Positions 35,419 to 44,911 of a stretch of DNA of 64,000 nt are shown here, in pieces; within the stretch, counting starts at the first letter, position 1, and each line of letters opens with the position of its first letter. Made by a program: the position numbers and the translations under genes. The stretch is taken from contig SOIM01000059.1 in the NCBI GenBank assembly GCA_004377185.1, positions 10,999 through 74,998 on the forward strand, in the 5' to 3' direction. This stretch comes from Methanomassiliicoccales archaeon (lineage in GTDB: Archaea; Thermoplasmatota; Thermoplasmata; RBG-16-68-12; SOIM01). Below the pieces are notes generated by a model that did no database searches, was not told the DNA's origin, and worked only from the letters and a program-made list of their open reading frames with translations.

Positions 35419-35472
35419 ATGCACGACGTGATCGTCGTGGGGGCAGGCCCAGCTGGAGGCTGCACGGCATGA
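35419..35472 (+). pseudogene. 17-codon remnant of an FAD-dependent oxidoreductase N-terminus (geranylgeranyl-reductase-like dinucleotide-binding motif)
   Basis: ATG CAC GAC GTG ATC GTC GTG GGG GCA GGC CCA GCT GGA GGC TGC ACG GCA TGA translates to MHDVIVVGAGPAGGCTA*. This is a textbook DVxVVGAGPAG Rossmann start that ends abruptly. I could not follow a continuation in any frame. Confidence 0.45.
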
Positions 35473-35533
35473 GAATCAAGATGCTTCCAATGATGTGTAG
35501 CCAGCACATCTTGACGGATTTTAAATGAACAAA

Positions 35534-35541
35534 GTTTATAT
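35534..35541 (+). promoter_or_regulatory. TATA-box-like element upstream of the 1177-aa surface protein gene
   Basis: TTTATATA at 35534-35541. A GGAGG SD at 35604-35608 precedes the ATG at 35615. Confidence 0.35.
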
Positions 35542-35614
35542 AAGCCAAGAGCCTACCCGCAAAAGCTTTAGCCAATGGCTATAGAGGACATAGGAAAAGA
35601 ACGGAGGAAAAGCA

Positions 35615-38600
35615 ATGAAAAAGCGAGGAGTGAGCAGATGCGCGGCATTGTTAGTCGTACTGCTCATGATGATGAGCGCGGCAATAATGCTGCCGAGTCA
35701 GAACGTGACAGCGCAAGACCACATGATATGGGGAATCGTGAAGGATGAGAACTGTTTTGACAAAGTTGACGGCGCGGATGTCACACTGACTGATGTTCAC
35801 GGCTCCCCGTTCACAAAACCGACCGCTAATGGCGGTATCTACGAATTCACTGTCAATCCTGGTTTCTACGAGTTAACGGTCTCCAAGAACGGCCTGTTCT
35901 CAAACAAGACCGGACCTTTCAGGTTCAATGGAACGGAGGACCTGGAAATCACTGAATTCTGCATGGAGCCGACCCCCACGAAGGTCAACCATATCACCGG
36001 AACGGTTCTTTCGTCAATCACGAATCATGTCGATGACGAGCTTGTGGACTTTGTGACCCACTCAACCACTGAGAACGTGACCGGGAATTTCACGTATGGT
36101 CCCAACACAACACAACTTAGCCACTGGCCTGTTGTGGAAAACAGCTATAGAACTTGGTGGAATAACGATTCGGAGAAGAATTTCAATCTGACAGTAGGAG
36201 TGGACTACACTATTACATTGTGGTCAGGCGAGATAGAAATCCTAAATGATACGATTGCAACAGAGCTTAGGGACCAGCTCGGTTGGCTCAATTTCACCTA
36301 CGACTATTCTGAGACGGCCAGCGATCTCGAAAACACGTTTGTCATCGCCGGATACAACCTAATGAAGAATAACATTACCTGGAAGGAGAGTGGGAACTAT
36401 ACTCTCGACATGGATAGCGGGACAATCGAGATTGTTGGTCTCGAGAACTTCACGTTCGGCTTGGACGTGCTAACTGTAACATATGACTACCATCCAACAT
36501 GGATACAAGGCGCAACCCTAGCACTGTACAATACTACAAGAGACTATGAAGTGAGCGGTGACAATTCGGGCTCACTGGGTGAGTTCGAGCTTGATTCTTG
36601 GAGTGGAACATTTGAGATTAGGGTCACGGCAGACATGTTCCAGCCAAATGTCTCACAGATCCGGATAGACGAAGATCAGAACATCCGTGTATTACTGGAC
36701 CCACCTATCTGGGTGATCGGTTGGGTCTTCGATAGTGAATCTCAATCACCGATTACAGATGCGGATGTCAGAGCCCACATGTTCTGCATGGACGATGTTC
36801 CGAAGAGCAAGAGGAGCTTAAAGGGTTTTGTGGACGGTCCGCACTTTTGGTTCTATTCATACCCAGGCAACTTCACACTCATAGTTGACGCGGACGGATA
36901 CAAAGCACAAGAGATGCCCATTCTGGTTCAGACCACAAATCAGTCACACGATGTCTATCTGGACCTCTCTGAAGAGGAAATCTATGAAACCAGCATAGAG
37001 TACATAGACAACGACTGGAACAAGACAATTGTCAATGAAAGCTGGACCCTGAACATGGACAGTCATCTCCCGATACTCGGTACAGCCCAGCTGGGCAGTC
37101 TTCCTCTGGAGATTGATTTGGCAGTGGGAGATTCGAACGGTACGATGAGCGACCCTGAGTTCTACACCGATTTCAGAGACTGGCTGACGGAAAGAGGTCC
37201 AAAGTTCCTCAAGACAGCCGGCCTTTTCCTGACAGACGGTGAGGAGTACACCCTTGAGCTGGATGCAGGACAGGTCTCCAAGTACTACGTTGACGTGGAG
37301 AAGGGTACTGAGCACATTTGGATAAACACCAGCGCGTGGTACAACACATCAGAGCTCATTCAGGACCAGGAGGAATACAACCTTTGGCTGGAAGCCGTCT
37401 ATGATTCTGCGATAAACATTGACGGAGAGGACAGAATACTAGCCAATCGCACCTATCGGGTCACTCTGCCTTCATCCTACGAGCTCATAGCAAACACATC
37501 AGCCAACACAGATGTCATTGGTTTCACCAGCATCTTCATCGATTCCAAGAAGGGATCCGGCAAAGGGACAGTAACGCTGAGAGTACAGAAATCCGAGGGA
37601 GGAATCGCAAGGGCCGCGGTCATTGGACCGAAGGAAGAAGAAGGTGGCCTCTACTACAAAGTCCTCAGCTGGGACTGGGACAACTACTCGGCAGTCGTAC
37701 CAGCGGATGTCGCGATCAATTTCAGCGCTGCACAATCAACGGACAACAACAGCCTTCCAAACAACCAGGTTTCACCGTACTCGAATTTCAGTTGGAACTT
37801 CGGTGACGGTGGCGAGGGATGGGGAATAAGCCCAAGCCATAACTATTCAGATCCAGGCTCTGGTTCAGGGAACTACACCGTAAGACTGAACGTAACGGAA
37901 CCCGGTGGCAACGTAACCTACACGGAGATCAATGTGAAGGTGGACGCAAGAGTGCCTACAGCTCTGGCGGAATTCGACGAGAGAGATACTGAGGTCATAG
38001 ACTCAGTATTGCACGTGGATGAAGACGTTGTCCTTCGCATAAACGCCACAAGGGACGACCTTCTGTCGGAGGACCTGATGTGGGATGACAAAGAGGGCAA
38101 CATGACCTACTTCGACTGGGACTTTGACTCGGACGGCATAGTGGACCCCCCCTCTTCCACCGAAGGACAGATAGAAACCGATTTCTTCACCGAGCCAGGG
38201 GAGTACACCATCAACCTGACCATCACGGATTGGGTGGGCCACAAGAGCGAGAACTACTCGAAGAAGATCATAGTGGATGACACGACCCCTCCAGATGCGG
38301 TGTTCTTTATGCTGAACGAGACATTCGCAAGTGTGAACGTGATACTAGAGGGTACTTCGACCTACTTCAATGCGAGCGACACAACAGACAATTTCTCGAC
38401 CCTTGAGAACCTGACATTCAGATGGGACCTGGCAGGATACAACACCACAGGCGTGAACGTGACTCACAACTTCACGGAAACGGGAACGCTATGGTGCAAC
38501 CTGACTATTCTGGACGAAGCTGGCAACCCCGGGCACCACAACATAAGCTGCCAGGTGATCCCAAACCAGAAGATACATTCTGACCTGGCATTTGAGGAAG

Positions 38601-39148
38601 CTTGGACAGACAAGCCCATTCTCTTCGAACCCGGGAGTCCAGAGGTCGGAACGTCGGTCAAGATATCGGTGAACGTCACAAACTCGGACGTGGGTGTCGC
38701 GGCCGAAGGCGTACAAGTCAGATTCTGGATAGTGCAGGCAGACGATGCGACAACTGAGATTGCAGGTACCGTCAGGTTCTATGATGAGAACGGCACAGAG
38801 GTCGGGAACACCATTGCCGCGGGAGAGAAGCTGGTCGCGGTCATAACATGGAACCCCGGAGATCACGGAGTCTACACGATCAGAGCCAACTGCACGGCCG
38901 AAAACGAGATTTCCGGAGGGACCGACGACAATTTCATCGAGCACAAGATCACAGTCAAAGAAGCAGGATGGGTCACTCCCCTCATCACGGGTGTGCTCAT
39001 TCTACTGATCTTCATCATAGCGATCGTTCTTCTGCTACGCAGAAGGTTCGGTGGTAAGTTCCCCACGCTGAGGCGGAAGAAGAAGCCCGAGAAAAAGGAG
39101 AAAAAGAAGGAGAGAAAGAAGAAGAAAAAGAAGAAGGTCAAGAAATAG
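35615..39148 (+). CDS. large (1177 aa) membrane-anchored surface protein (CarboxypepD_reg-like, PKD and CARDB-like domains; poly-Lys cytoplasmic tail)
   Basis: Signal peptide MKKRGVSRCAALLVVLLMMMSAAIMLP. Further elements are IWGIVKDEN...GADVTLTD...GGIYEF (carboxypeptidase-regulatory-like), PKD signatures FSWNFGDGGEGWGISPSHNY and FDWDFDSDG, many N-x-S/T sequons, and the TM helix VTPLITGVLILLIFIIAIVLLL. The tail is RRKKKPEKKEKKKERKKKKKKKVKK. Confidence 0.8.
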   Translation: MKKRGVSRCAALLVVLLMMMSAAIMLPSQNVTAQDHMIWGIVKDENCFDKVDGADVTLTDVHGSPFTKPTANGGIYEFTVNPGFYELTVSKNGLFSNKTGPFRFNGTEDLEITEFCMEPTPTKVNHITGTVLSSITNHVDDELVDFVTHSTTENVTGNFTYGPNTTQLSHWPVVENSYRTWWNNDSEKNFNLTVGVDYTITLWSGEIEILNDTIATELRDQLGWLNFTYDYSETASDLENTFVIAGYNLMKNNITWKESGNYTLDMDSGTIEIVGLENFTFGLDVLTVTYDYHPTWIQGATLALYNTTRDYEVSGDNSGSLGEFELDSWSGTFEIRVTADMFQPNVSQIRIDEDQNIRVLLDPPIWVIGWVFDSESQSPITDADVRAHMFCMDDVPKSKRSLKGFVDGPHFWFYSYPGNFTLIVDADGYKAQEMPILVQTTNQSHDVYLDLSEEEIYETSIEYIDNDWNKTIVNESWTLNMDSHLPILGTAQLGSLPLEIDLAVGDSNGTMSDPEFYTDFRDWLTERGPKFLKTAGLFLTDGEEYTLELDAGQVSKYYVDVEKGTEHIWINTSAWYNTSELIQDQEEYNLWLEAVYDSAINIDGEDRILANRTYRVTLPSSYELIANTSANTDVIGFTSIFIDSKKGSGKGTVTLRVQKSEGGIARAAVIGPKEEEGGLYYKVLSWDWDNYSAVVPADVAINFSAAQSTDNNSLPNNQVSPYSNFSWNFGDGGEGWGISPSHNYSDPGSGSGNYTVRLNVTEPGGNVTYTEINVKVDARVPTALAEFDERDTEVIDSVLHVDEDVVLRINATRDDLLSEDLMWDDKEGNMTYFDWDFDSDGIVDPPSSTEGQIETDFFTEPGEYTINLTITDWVGHKSENYSKKIIVDDTTPPDAVFFMLNETFASVNVILEGTSTYFNASDTTDNFSTLENLTFRWDLAGYNTTGVNVTHNFTETGTLWCNLTILDEAGNPGHHNISCQVIPNQKIHSDLAFEEAWTDKPILFEPGSPEVGTSVKISVNVTNSDVGVAAEGVQVRFWIVQADDATTEIAGTVRFYDENGTEVGNTIAAGEKLVAVITWNPGDHGVYTIRANCTAENEISGGTDDNFIEHKITVKEAGWVTPLITGVLILLIFIIAIVLLLRRRFGGKFPTLRRKKKPEKKEKKKERKKKKKKKVKK

Positions 39149-39160
39149 CCTTCCAAGAAA

Positions 39161-39177
39161 TCTCTCTTTTTTCTTTA
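39161..39177. terminator. T-rich tract between convergent genes (possible terminator)
   Basis: TCTCTCTTTTTTCTTTA lies in the 44-nt gap between the stops at 39148 (+) and 39193 (-). Confidence 0.3.
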
Positions 39178-39192
39178 TAACGGGACTCACTA

Positions 39193-40428
39193 TCACTGCT
39201 GAGGCAGTTTGAATCTCAGAATCCCAGCCAGGCCTCCGAACGTTTTCAGAAAGAGTTGCCCTTCTTCGGACTCCTGGGAAATCATCTCAATCTTGGTGCC
39301 CACCTTCTCGGCCTGATCAAACAGATAATCCACCAAATCATTCTCTCCCCCATCTTTGAGGCTCGATCCGCATTCCGGGCAGGAGTCATTCCCAGGAGAG
39401 TTGTCCGCAAAGACATTCTTGGAGAAGTCACAGTCAGGGCAGGTCATGGTAACTACGGATTTGGACAGACCCTCGGAGACCAACAGCAAATCAATGGCTC
39501 CCATCTCCAAGGCCTTCTCCACCTGCGGTCCGTATGTAGCTAGCCCTCCGTCCGATTTCCTAATCTCATCCATGAGCTTCTGCACAAGGCTCTTCTCCCT
39601 CATCAGCTCCAGTCCAGAGAGCGTTTTCTGTGCCTTGTCAACCAGCTCCCTCAGTCCGTATTCGTCAGTGTAACCTGTATCAAAGGTGTCGATGATTTTC
39701 TTCTTCAGCTCGTGGTTCAGGTAGTCCTTCTCGGCGAAGAAGTCCTTCGTCGCTCCAGGACCCCCAATCAGGATTCCTTCCAGATCCTTTTCCGAGAGGA
39801 AGGCCTCGTTCGCTATCTTCGCCACTTTCTTGAAGTATTCGTGCGCGGCTATCTCGATCAACCTCTCGAATCTCCTGGCAGACTGTCCGCCCATCCTGTG
39901 CTTGCTTGGAACGAGGGACTGCAGGTTTTTGATGACTTCAATCCTCTTCCCCGCCAGTTTTCCAATCGTGGCCTCGCTCCTGTCAACGACTATGAGACCG
40001 TAATTGTCCTTCTCCACCAACATATCTTTGAGAGGGTCTATGAAGAAATCGGAATCGCACTTATAGAGAAATGTGACAATCGGTTCGGGAGGCTCAATGA
40101 CGAAGGCCACCATGTCGGTCTTGTCTGCGCCGACCTCCTTGTGACCCACGAAGAAGACCATGCCGTTCTCCGGAGGTTTCTTGAAGTACTTCAGTTTGTT
40201 CAATATGGATTCAATGGCGGCCGTTACGTTCTTCCTGGTCGTCTTGCTCTTTATGTTGGAAGACTGAGAGTATTCACTCCTCAGATGGTTCGCCACTTCA
40301 AATATCTGCCTCCCGGGTGGTACGTACAGCGAGATGAGCTCGGTACCCCGGCCGTGGCATTCTTCGATTTCGTCCAACTGTTTATTGAACTCGTATCTTT
40401 CCTTACTGGTTAATTCAACCATTGCCAT
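39193..40428 (-). CDS. prf1: peptide chain release factor aRF1
   Basis: NIKS motif (SSNIKSKTT, aa 57-60), GGQ motif (HRMGGQSARRF, aa 180-182), and an eRF1 three-domain layout. A CxxC...CxxC mini-domain is at aa 327-358. Confidence 0.95.
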   Translation of the reverse strand: MAMVELTSKERYEFNKQLDEIEECHGRGTELISLYVPPGRQIFEVANHLRSEYSQSSNIKSKTTRKNVTAAIESILNKLKYFKKPPENGMVFFVGHKEVGADKTDMVAFVIEPPEPIVTFLYKCDSDFFIDPLKDMLVEKDNYGLIVVDRSEATIGKLAGKRIEVIKNLQSLVPSKHRMGGQSARRFERLIEIAAHEYFKKVAKIANEAFLSEKDLEGILIGGPGATKDFFAEKDYLNHELKKKIIDTFDTGYTDEYGLRELVDKAQKTLSGLELMREKSLVQKLMDEIRKSDGGLATYGPQVEKALEMGAIDLLLVSEGLSKSVVTMTCPDCDFSKNVFADNSPGNDSCPECGSSLKDGGENDLVDYLFDQAEKVGTKIEMISQESEEGQLFLKTFGGLAGILRFKLPQQ

Positions 40429-40484
40429 ACCGATTTCTTTTTATGAGTTAAAGATGTTTGGGCTTATTAATGTAGGGGAATCAG

Positions 40485-41177
40485 ATGGATACCGTAGTTA
40501 TTTCCATCGGCGGTTCGGTTTTGGTGCCGGGTGAGAAGGATTTCGAGTACCTTTCAGAACTTGGAAGGCTGCTCACCGAGTTGTCCTCCCAACACAAGCT
40601 GTATGCCGTCGTTGGGGGAGGGAGGACCGCGAGATTCTATATCGAACTGGGCCGAAATCTGGGGGCGGACGAGATCTACCTCGATGAGATGGGAGTCCAG
40701 GCAACCAGGCTGAACGCCAGGCTTCTGATCTCCGCCCTCTCAGGACGTGCCAATGAGTATCCACCCGAGACGGTGGAAGAAGCTGTTGAGCTGGGAAACA
40801 GACACGAGATAGTGGTGATGGGAGGGACGACACCCGGACACACTACGGACGGGGTTGCAGCCTTGCTCGCCGAGAGCGTCAAAGCAGACAGGATCATCAA
40901 CGCGACTTCGGTGGACGGGGTCTACACGAAAGATCCCAAGAAATACGAGGACGCAGAGAGAATCGATGCCCTGACGTTTGAAGGGCTCCTGGAACTCTGC
41001 AGGACCTCGAGCTGGAAAGCCGGTCCGAGCAATGTCTTCGACCCTTTGGGCGCGGAAACACTGGTCCGGACGAAGATTCCTCTTCTGGTCCTGAACGGAA
41101 GGGATCTGCCCAACCTCGCAGCTGCCATCAGAGGTGAGCAATTCTCGGGCACGGTTGTGAGCGGGGAGGAGGAATGA
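40485..41177 (+). CDS. pyrH: UMP kinase (archaeal type)
   Basis: VVISIGGSVL..., AVVGGGRTAR and VVMGGTTPGHTTD, typical of archaeal PyrH in the amino-acid-kinase family. Confidence 0.9.
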   Translation: MDTVVISIGGSVLVPGEKDFEYLSELGRLLTELSSQHKLYAVVGGGRTARFYIELGRNLGADEIYLDEMGVQATRLNARLLISALSGRANEYPPETVEEAVELGNRHEIVVMGGTTPGHTTDGVAALLAESVKADRIINATSVDGVYTKDPKKYEDAERIDALTFEGLLELCRTSSWKAGPSNVFDPLGAETLVRTKIPLLVLNGRDLPNLAAAIRGEQFSGTVVSGEEE

Positions 41178-41740
41178 CGATGCCGTTCCGTGCCTTCATT
41201 GCTGTCGAAGTTGGACCTTCCGAGAAGATGGGGCAGTTTCATTCTTCATTGAGAGAGACAGGGGCGCCTCTGAAACTTGTGGACCTTGATAACTTACACC
41301 TGACCCTGAAGTTCTTGGGGAACACCGAAGAGGACTTGGTGCCTCGAATTGTCCAGATCATAGAGGATTCCTTGAAGGGGATGAGCCCTTTCTCAATAGG
41401 ATTCCAAGGCACGGGTGCCTTTCCCGGTTTGAAGCACATGAAAGTGGTTTGGGTTGGCGTGCGGAGTGCAGAAAGGCTGAAATCCATAGCGAGTTATTTG
41501 AATGATGAACTGGCCGGGTTAGGTTTCAAGAGAGAGAAAAGAAGGTTCTCTCCTCACCTGACTTTGGCTCGGGTCAAGGGCGCCAGGCACAAAGATAGGT
41601 TGGCAGAGGTCATCAGGAGTTGGAGCGACGAGGAGTTCGGGGATCTGCAAGTCAGTGGCCTCTTCCTCAAGAAGAGCGTGCTGAGCCCGAAAGGTCCCAC
41701 GTACTCGACCGTTCACGAAGCAAAAATGGAGAACCCTTGA
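41174..41740 (+). CDS. thpR: RNA 2',3'-cyclic phosphodiesterase (2H family, ThpR/LigT-like)
   Basis: Two HxTx motifs: HLTLKFLG and HLTLARV. There is an ATGA overlap with pyrH. Confidence 0.85.
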   Translation: MTMPFRAFIAVEVGPSEKMGQFHSSLRETGAPLKLVDLDNLHLTLKFLGNTEEDLVPRIVQIIEDSLKGMSPFSIGFQGTGAFPGLKHMKVVWVGVRSAERLKSIASYLNDELAGLGFKREKRRFSPHLTLARVKGARHKDRLAEVIRSWSDEEFGDLQVSGLFLKKSVLSPKGPTYSTVHEAKMENP

Positions 41741-41749
41741 GGACAGCTT

Positions 41750-42139
41750 CTATTCCTTCTTCTGAAACAGGAGCATATTGTCCCATTCAACACTGTGTTT
41801 CAGTCCCTCTTTCTTCAAGAGCTTGCTGATGAGCTCCGTGACGCGGGGCACTTCGGTGTTCGTTCCCCTGCCGTAGAGATAGAACTCCACATCCTCACTT
41901 ATCGGGAAGATCATCCGCATGCATCCCGACCTGTTGTATCCCTCGGGCTTGCGATTGTTCCTCAGGTCCATGAGATTCTGTTCCAGAAGAACCTCTGTAA
42001 ACTCGGGCTCCTCCTCAGGAATCTGTTCAGTTTCAACCAGGAATCTTTCAAAAATGTCCCGATAGATGGGCAGAAGGTCACCGTACTTCACCTTCTTGTC
42101 GAATTTTATATGACCGCTCTGCGCCTGCATCTGGACCAT
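41750..42139 (-). CDS. hypothetical protein (129 aa)
   Basis: I prefer the internal ATG at 42139 because the longer ORF (to 42304) would overlap the thiDN start. I recognise no family. Confidence 0.45.
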   Translation of the reverse strand: MVQMQAQSGHIKFDKKVKYGDLLPIYRDIFERFLVETEQIPEEEPEFTEVLLEQNLMDLRNNRKPEGYNRSGCMRMIFPISEDVEFYLYGRGTNTEVPRVTELISKLLKKEGLKHSVEWDNMLLFQKKE

Positions 42140-42211
42140 TGAACAGATGATTTTGATTCTATTTAACTCTTTTGAAGTGGGATTAATAGGCACATCTGAG
42201 ATGTAGTTTTG

Positions 42212-43510
42212 ATGAAGGTTGTGCTTTCGATAGCCGGGAGCGATTCGTCCGGAGGCGCTGGGATACAAACTGACGTTAAAGCGATTGCGTCTCTTGGAGT
42301 TCATCCTTGTACCGTTGTTACGTGCGTCACAGCCCAGAATACCGAGAAGGTGGACTCGATCTATCCACTACCCTCCACAGAGATTGAGAGACAACTAGTT
42401 TCCGTTCTGTCGGACATCAAGATAGATGCAGCAAAGACTGGCATGCTTTACTCTGCCGATATTGTCGAGTCCGTAGCCAAGGTCCTTGAGAGGAATGAGT
42501 TCCCTGTCGTGGTCGACCCGGTAATGGTCGCAACGACCCGGAGTTCCCTTGGAAGCGGGGACCTGACCAAGGCTTTGATCTCCAGACTTCTTCCTTTGTG
42601 TGAAATCGTCACCCCGAACATAATGGAAGCGGAGTCCCTCTCCGGATTGAGGATAGAGAATGACAGAGATGCCGAGGCTGCTTGTGAAAGAATGCACGAC
42701 CTGGGGGCGAAGAATGTTCTCTTGAAGGGAGGACATCTGGGAGAGAAGCCGGTGGATATTCTGCTGACAGACGGGGAGTTCAAGAGATTCTCTGCCGAAA
42801 GATTCAAAGAGGACGTTCACGGAAGTGGCTGTGCCTTCTCGGCCTTCATCGCAGGAGGCTTGGCCTTGGGGATGGAATTGGAGGAATGTGTTCGAGAATC
42901 AAAGAAGATGATAACTGCTGGTTTCTTCAATTCCTACAGAATCGGGAAAGGCTTTTCTGTGATTCAGAGCCGTTATTCGGAGGACCGATACTCGGTCTGG
43001 AAGGAGCTGGACCTCGCTTTGGAAGAGCTGAAAGGTTTCCTGCCTGCTGACCTGGTGCCTGAGGTCGGCATGAACATCGGATATGCCCTGCCATTTGCAT
43101 CGAAGCCCAGTGAGGTGGTAGCTCTCAAGGGGCGAATAGTGAGGGTCGGCGAGCGTATCGACACCCCATCCCACATGGATTTCGGGACTTCCATTCATAT
43201 TTCCAAGATAATTCTTACTGCGTTGGGATTCGACCACACATCCAGGGCGGCTTTGAACGTCAGGTTCTCGGAAGAGATCGTGGAAGGATTCAAGCATCAT
43301 GGGCTTTCAGTGTCAGAGTTCGACAGGTCCGAGGAGCCAGAGGGAGTTTCTACAATGGAATGGGGCACCGAAAGAGCCATTCTCGATCTGGGTCGGATAC
43401 CAGACGTGGTCTTTGACCGAGGATCTATTGGAAAGGAACCAATGGTGAGGGTCTTGGGGAAGTCACCCTCGGATTTATTGACGAAACTAAAGCTGGTATT
43501 GGCTGAATAG
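42212..43510 (+). CDS. thiDN: bifunctional hydroxymethylpyrimidine/phosphomethylpyrimidine kinase fused to a ThiN thiamine-phosphate synthase domain (ThiDN)
   Basis: ThiD signature SIAGSDSSGGAGIQTD.KA and GSGC near the kinase C-terminus. The C-terminal domain of about 170 aa is typical of archaeal ThiN fusions. ATG at 42212. Confidence 0.85.
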   Translation: MKVVLSIAGSDSSGGAGIQTDVKAIASLGVHPCTVVTCVTAQNTEKVDSIYPLPSTEIERQLVSVLSDIKIDAAKTGMLYSADIVESVAKVLERNEFPVVVDPVMVATTRSSLGSGDLTKALISRLLPLCEIVTPNIMEAESLSGLRIENDRDAEAACERMHDLGAKNVLLKGGHLGEKPVDILLTDGEFKRFSAERFKEDVHGSGCAFSAFIAGGLALGMELEECVRESKKMITAGFFNSYRIGKGFSVIQSRYSEDRYSVWKELDLALEELKGFLPADLVPEVGMNIGYALPFASKPSEVVALKGRIVRVGERIDTPSHMDFGTSIHISKIILTALGFDHTSRAALNVRFSEEIVEGFKHHGLSVSEFDRSEEPEGVSTMEWGTERAILDLGRIPDVVFDRGSIGKEPMVRVLGKSPSDLLTKLKLVLAE

Positions 43511-43647
43511 GACACATTGCTCCACCATTGCGAATATCTTTTTATATGAGAACCATCTAGCATCTGAGAGGAATGGGAATACGTCATCTTCAAGGGGTGC
43601 TAGTTAGAAAGGAACTATATGGCACCCAAAGACAATAGGGGCTCGAT

Positions 43648-44811
43648 ATGAAAATAGCTGTCCTGACGGATACCTACCTGCCAACCATTGATGGAGTGGT
43701 CAATTCCCTAATTACAACACGAAAGGCTCTCGAGAATCTCGGACACGAGGTCTTCATCATTGCCCCTGAGGACAGGAAGAATGGAAACCCCGAGGACCCG
43801 AACACCATCTATCTCAGAGCCAGGGAATTGAAGATGTATCCAGGATACCGTTTGGCTACTTTGTTGCCTGGCAAGGAGGTCAGGTTCTTCCGGGAACACA
43901 ATTTCGATGTTATTCACACTCACGGGTTGGCTGTGATGAGTGCAAAGGGAATCTGGGTCGCTCACACCCTGAAGCTCCCGCTTGTATTGACCTTCCATAC
44001 CATGGTGCTAGATGCCTTGAATTGGTACAATCCAACCGGCTTGAGACTCGGTTTTGTGGAGTTTATCACCAAGTGGTGGGTGAGGTACGTTCTCCACAGG
44101 TGCTACGGTGTGATTGCCCCCACCTCCGCCATACTGGAAGAACTCAAGGATCTGGCTCCCAAGATGAGAATGACCGACATAATCCCAACGGGCATAGACC
44201 AGAAACGCTTCAATCCTGGAATAGATGGGTCCCGGGTGAGAGAGAAATGGGGACTGGATGGAGAGGAAGTCATACTCCACGTCGGAAGAATCTCTCCTGA
44301 GAAGAACCTGGACATGCTCTTCGACGCCTTCGCATCTCTGAGGAAGAGGAGAGACTCTGTCAAGCTCATGGTTGTTGGAATGGGGCCAGCCGCTCAGGAT
44401 TGCAAGAGTTGTGTGAAGGAAAAAGGGATATCCGACGATGTGATTTTCACCGGCTTCGTCAGTGACGAGGAACTGCCAGAGTACTACGCCGCATGTGATA
44501 CTTTCGCGATAACATCCACATTCGAAACCCAGGGCCTGGTGGTGCTGGAGGCAATGGCAAGCGGAAAGCCAGTGGCGGGAATCAGATACAGGGCGATACC
44601 GGAGTTTGTCAAGGAGGACGTGACTGGATACCTGTTCGACCCTGATGACACTGAGGGATGCGCAGACGCTATTGAAAAGGCACTGGACCACCATGATGGA
44701 ATCGTCCAGAACGCGAGGACAATGGCTGAGGGCTATTCCATCAAGACATGTACCAAGAAACTGATTGACATGTATGAGAGAGTGATTGCCTTCAGAAAGA
44801 GCATTGGATGA
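43648..44811 (+). CDS. glycosyltransferase family 4 (GT-B, group 1)
   Basis: MKIAVLTDTYLPTIDGV start and an EX7E-type region (FETQGLVVLEAMASGKPV). Confidence 0.85.
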   Translation: MKIAVLTDTYLPTIDGVVNSLITTRKALENLGHEVFIIAPEDRKNGNPEDPNTIYLRARELKMYPGYRLATLLPGKEVRFFREHNFDVIHTHGLAVMSAKGIWVAHTLKLPLVLTFHTMVLDALNWYNPTGLRLGFVEFITKWWVRYVLHRCYGVIAPTSAILEELKDLAPKMRMTDIIPTGIDQKRFNPGIDGSRVREKWGLDGEEVILHVGRISPEKNLDMLFDAFASLRKRRDSVKLMVVGMGPAAQDCKSCVKEKGISDDVIFTGFVSDEELPEYYAACDTFAITSTFETQGLVVLEAMASGKPVAGIRYRAIPEFVKEDVTGYLFDPDDTEGCADAIEKALDHHDGIVQNARTMAEGYSIKTCTKKLIDMYERVIAFRKSIG

Positions 44812-44911
44812 GAATACCTGCCAACGAAAAGATTTTTAAGGTGGCTATTGTGTGGTCGCCACCACAATCGACACATTATCACTGCATGAAGGGAACTACT
44901 GGGAGATCAAG

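Noticed and set aside
39712-40413. 233-aa plus-strand ORF
   Set aside because: It is antisense to aRF1, where NIKS and GGQ are present on the minus strand.
44008-44694. 228-aa minus-strand ORF
   Set aside because: It is antisense to the GT4 glycosyltransferase gene.
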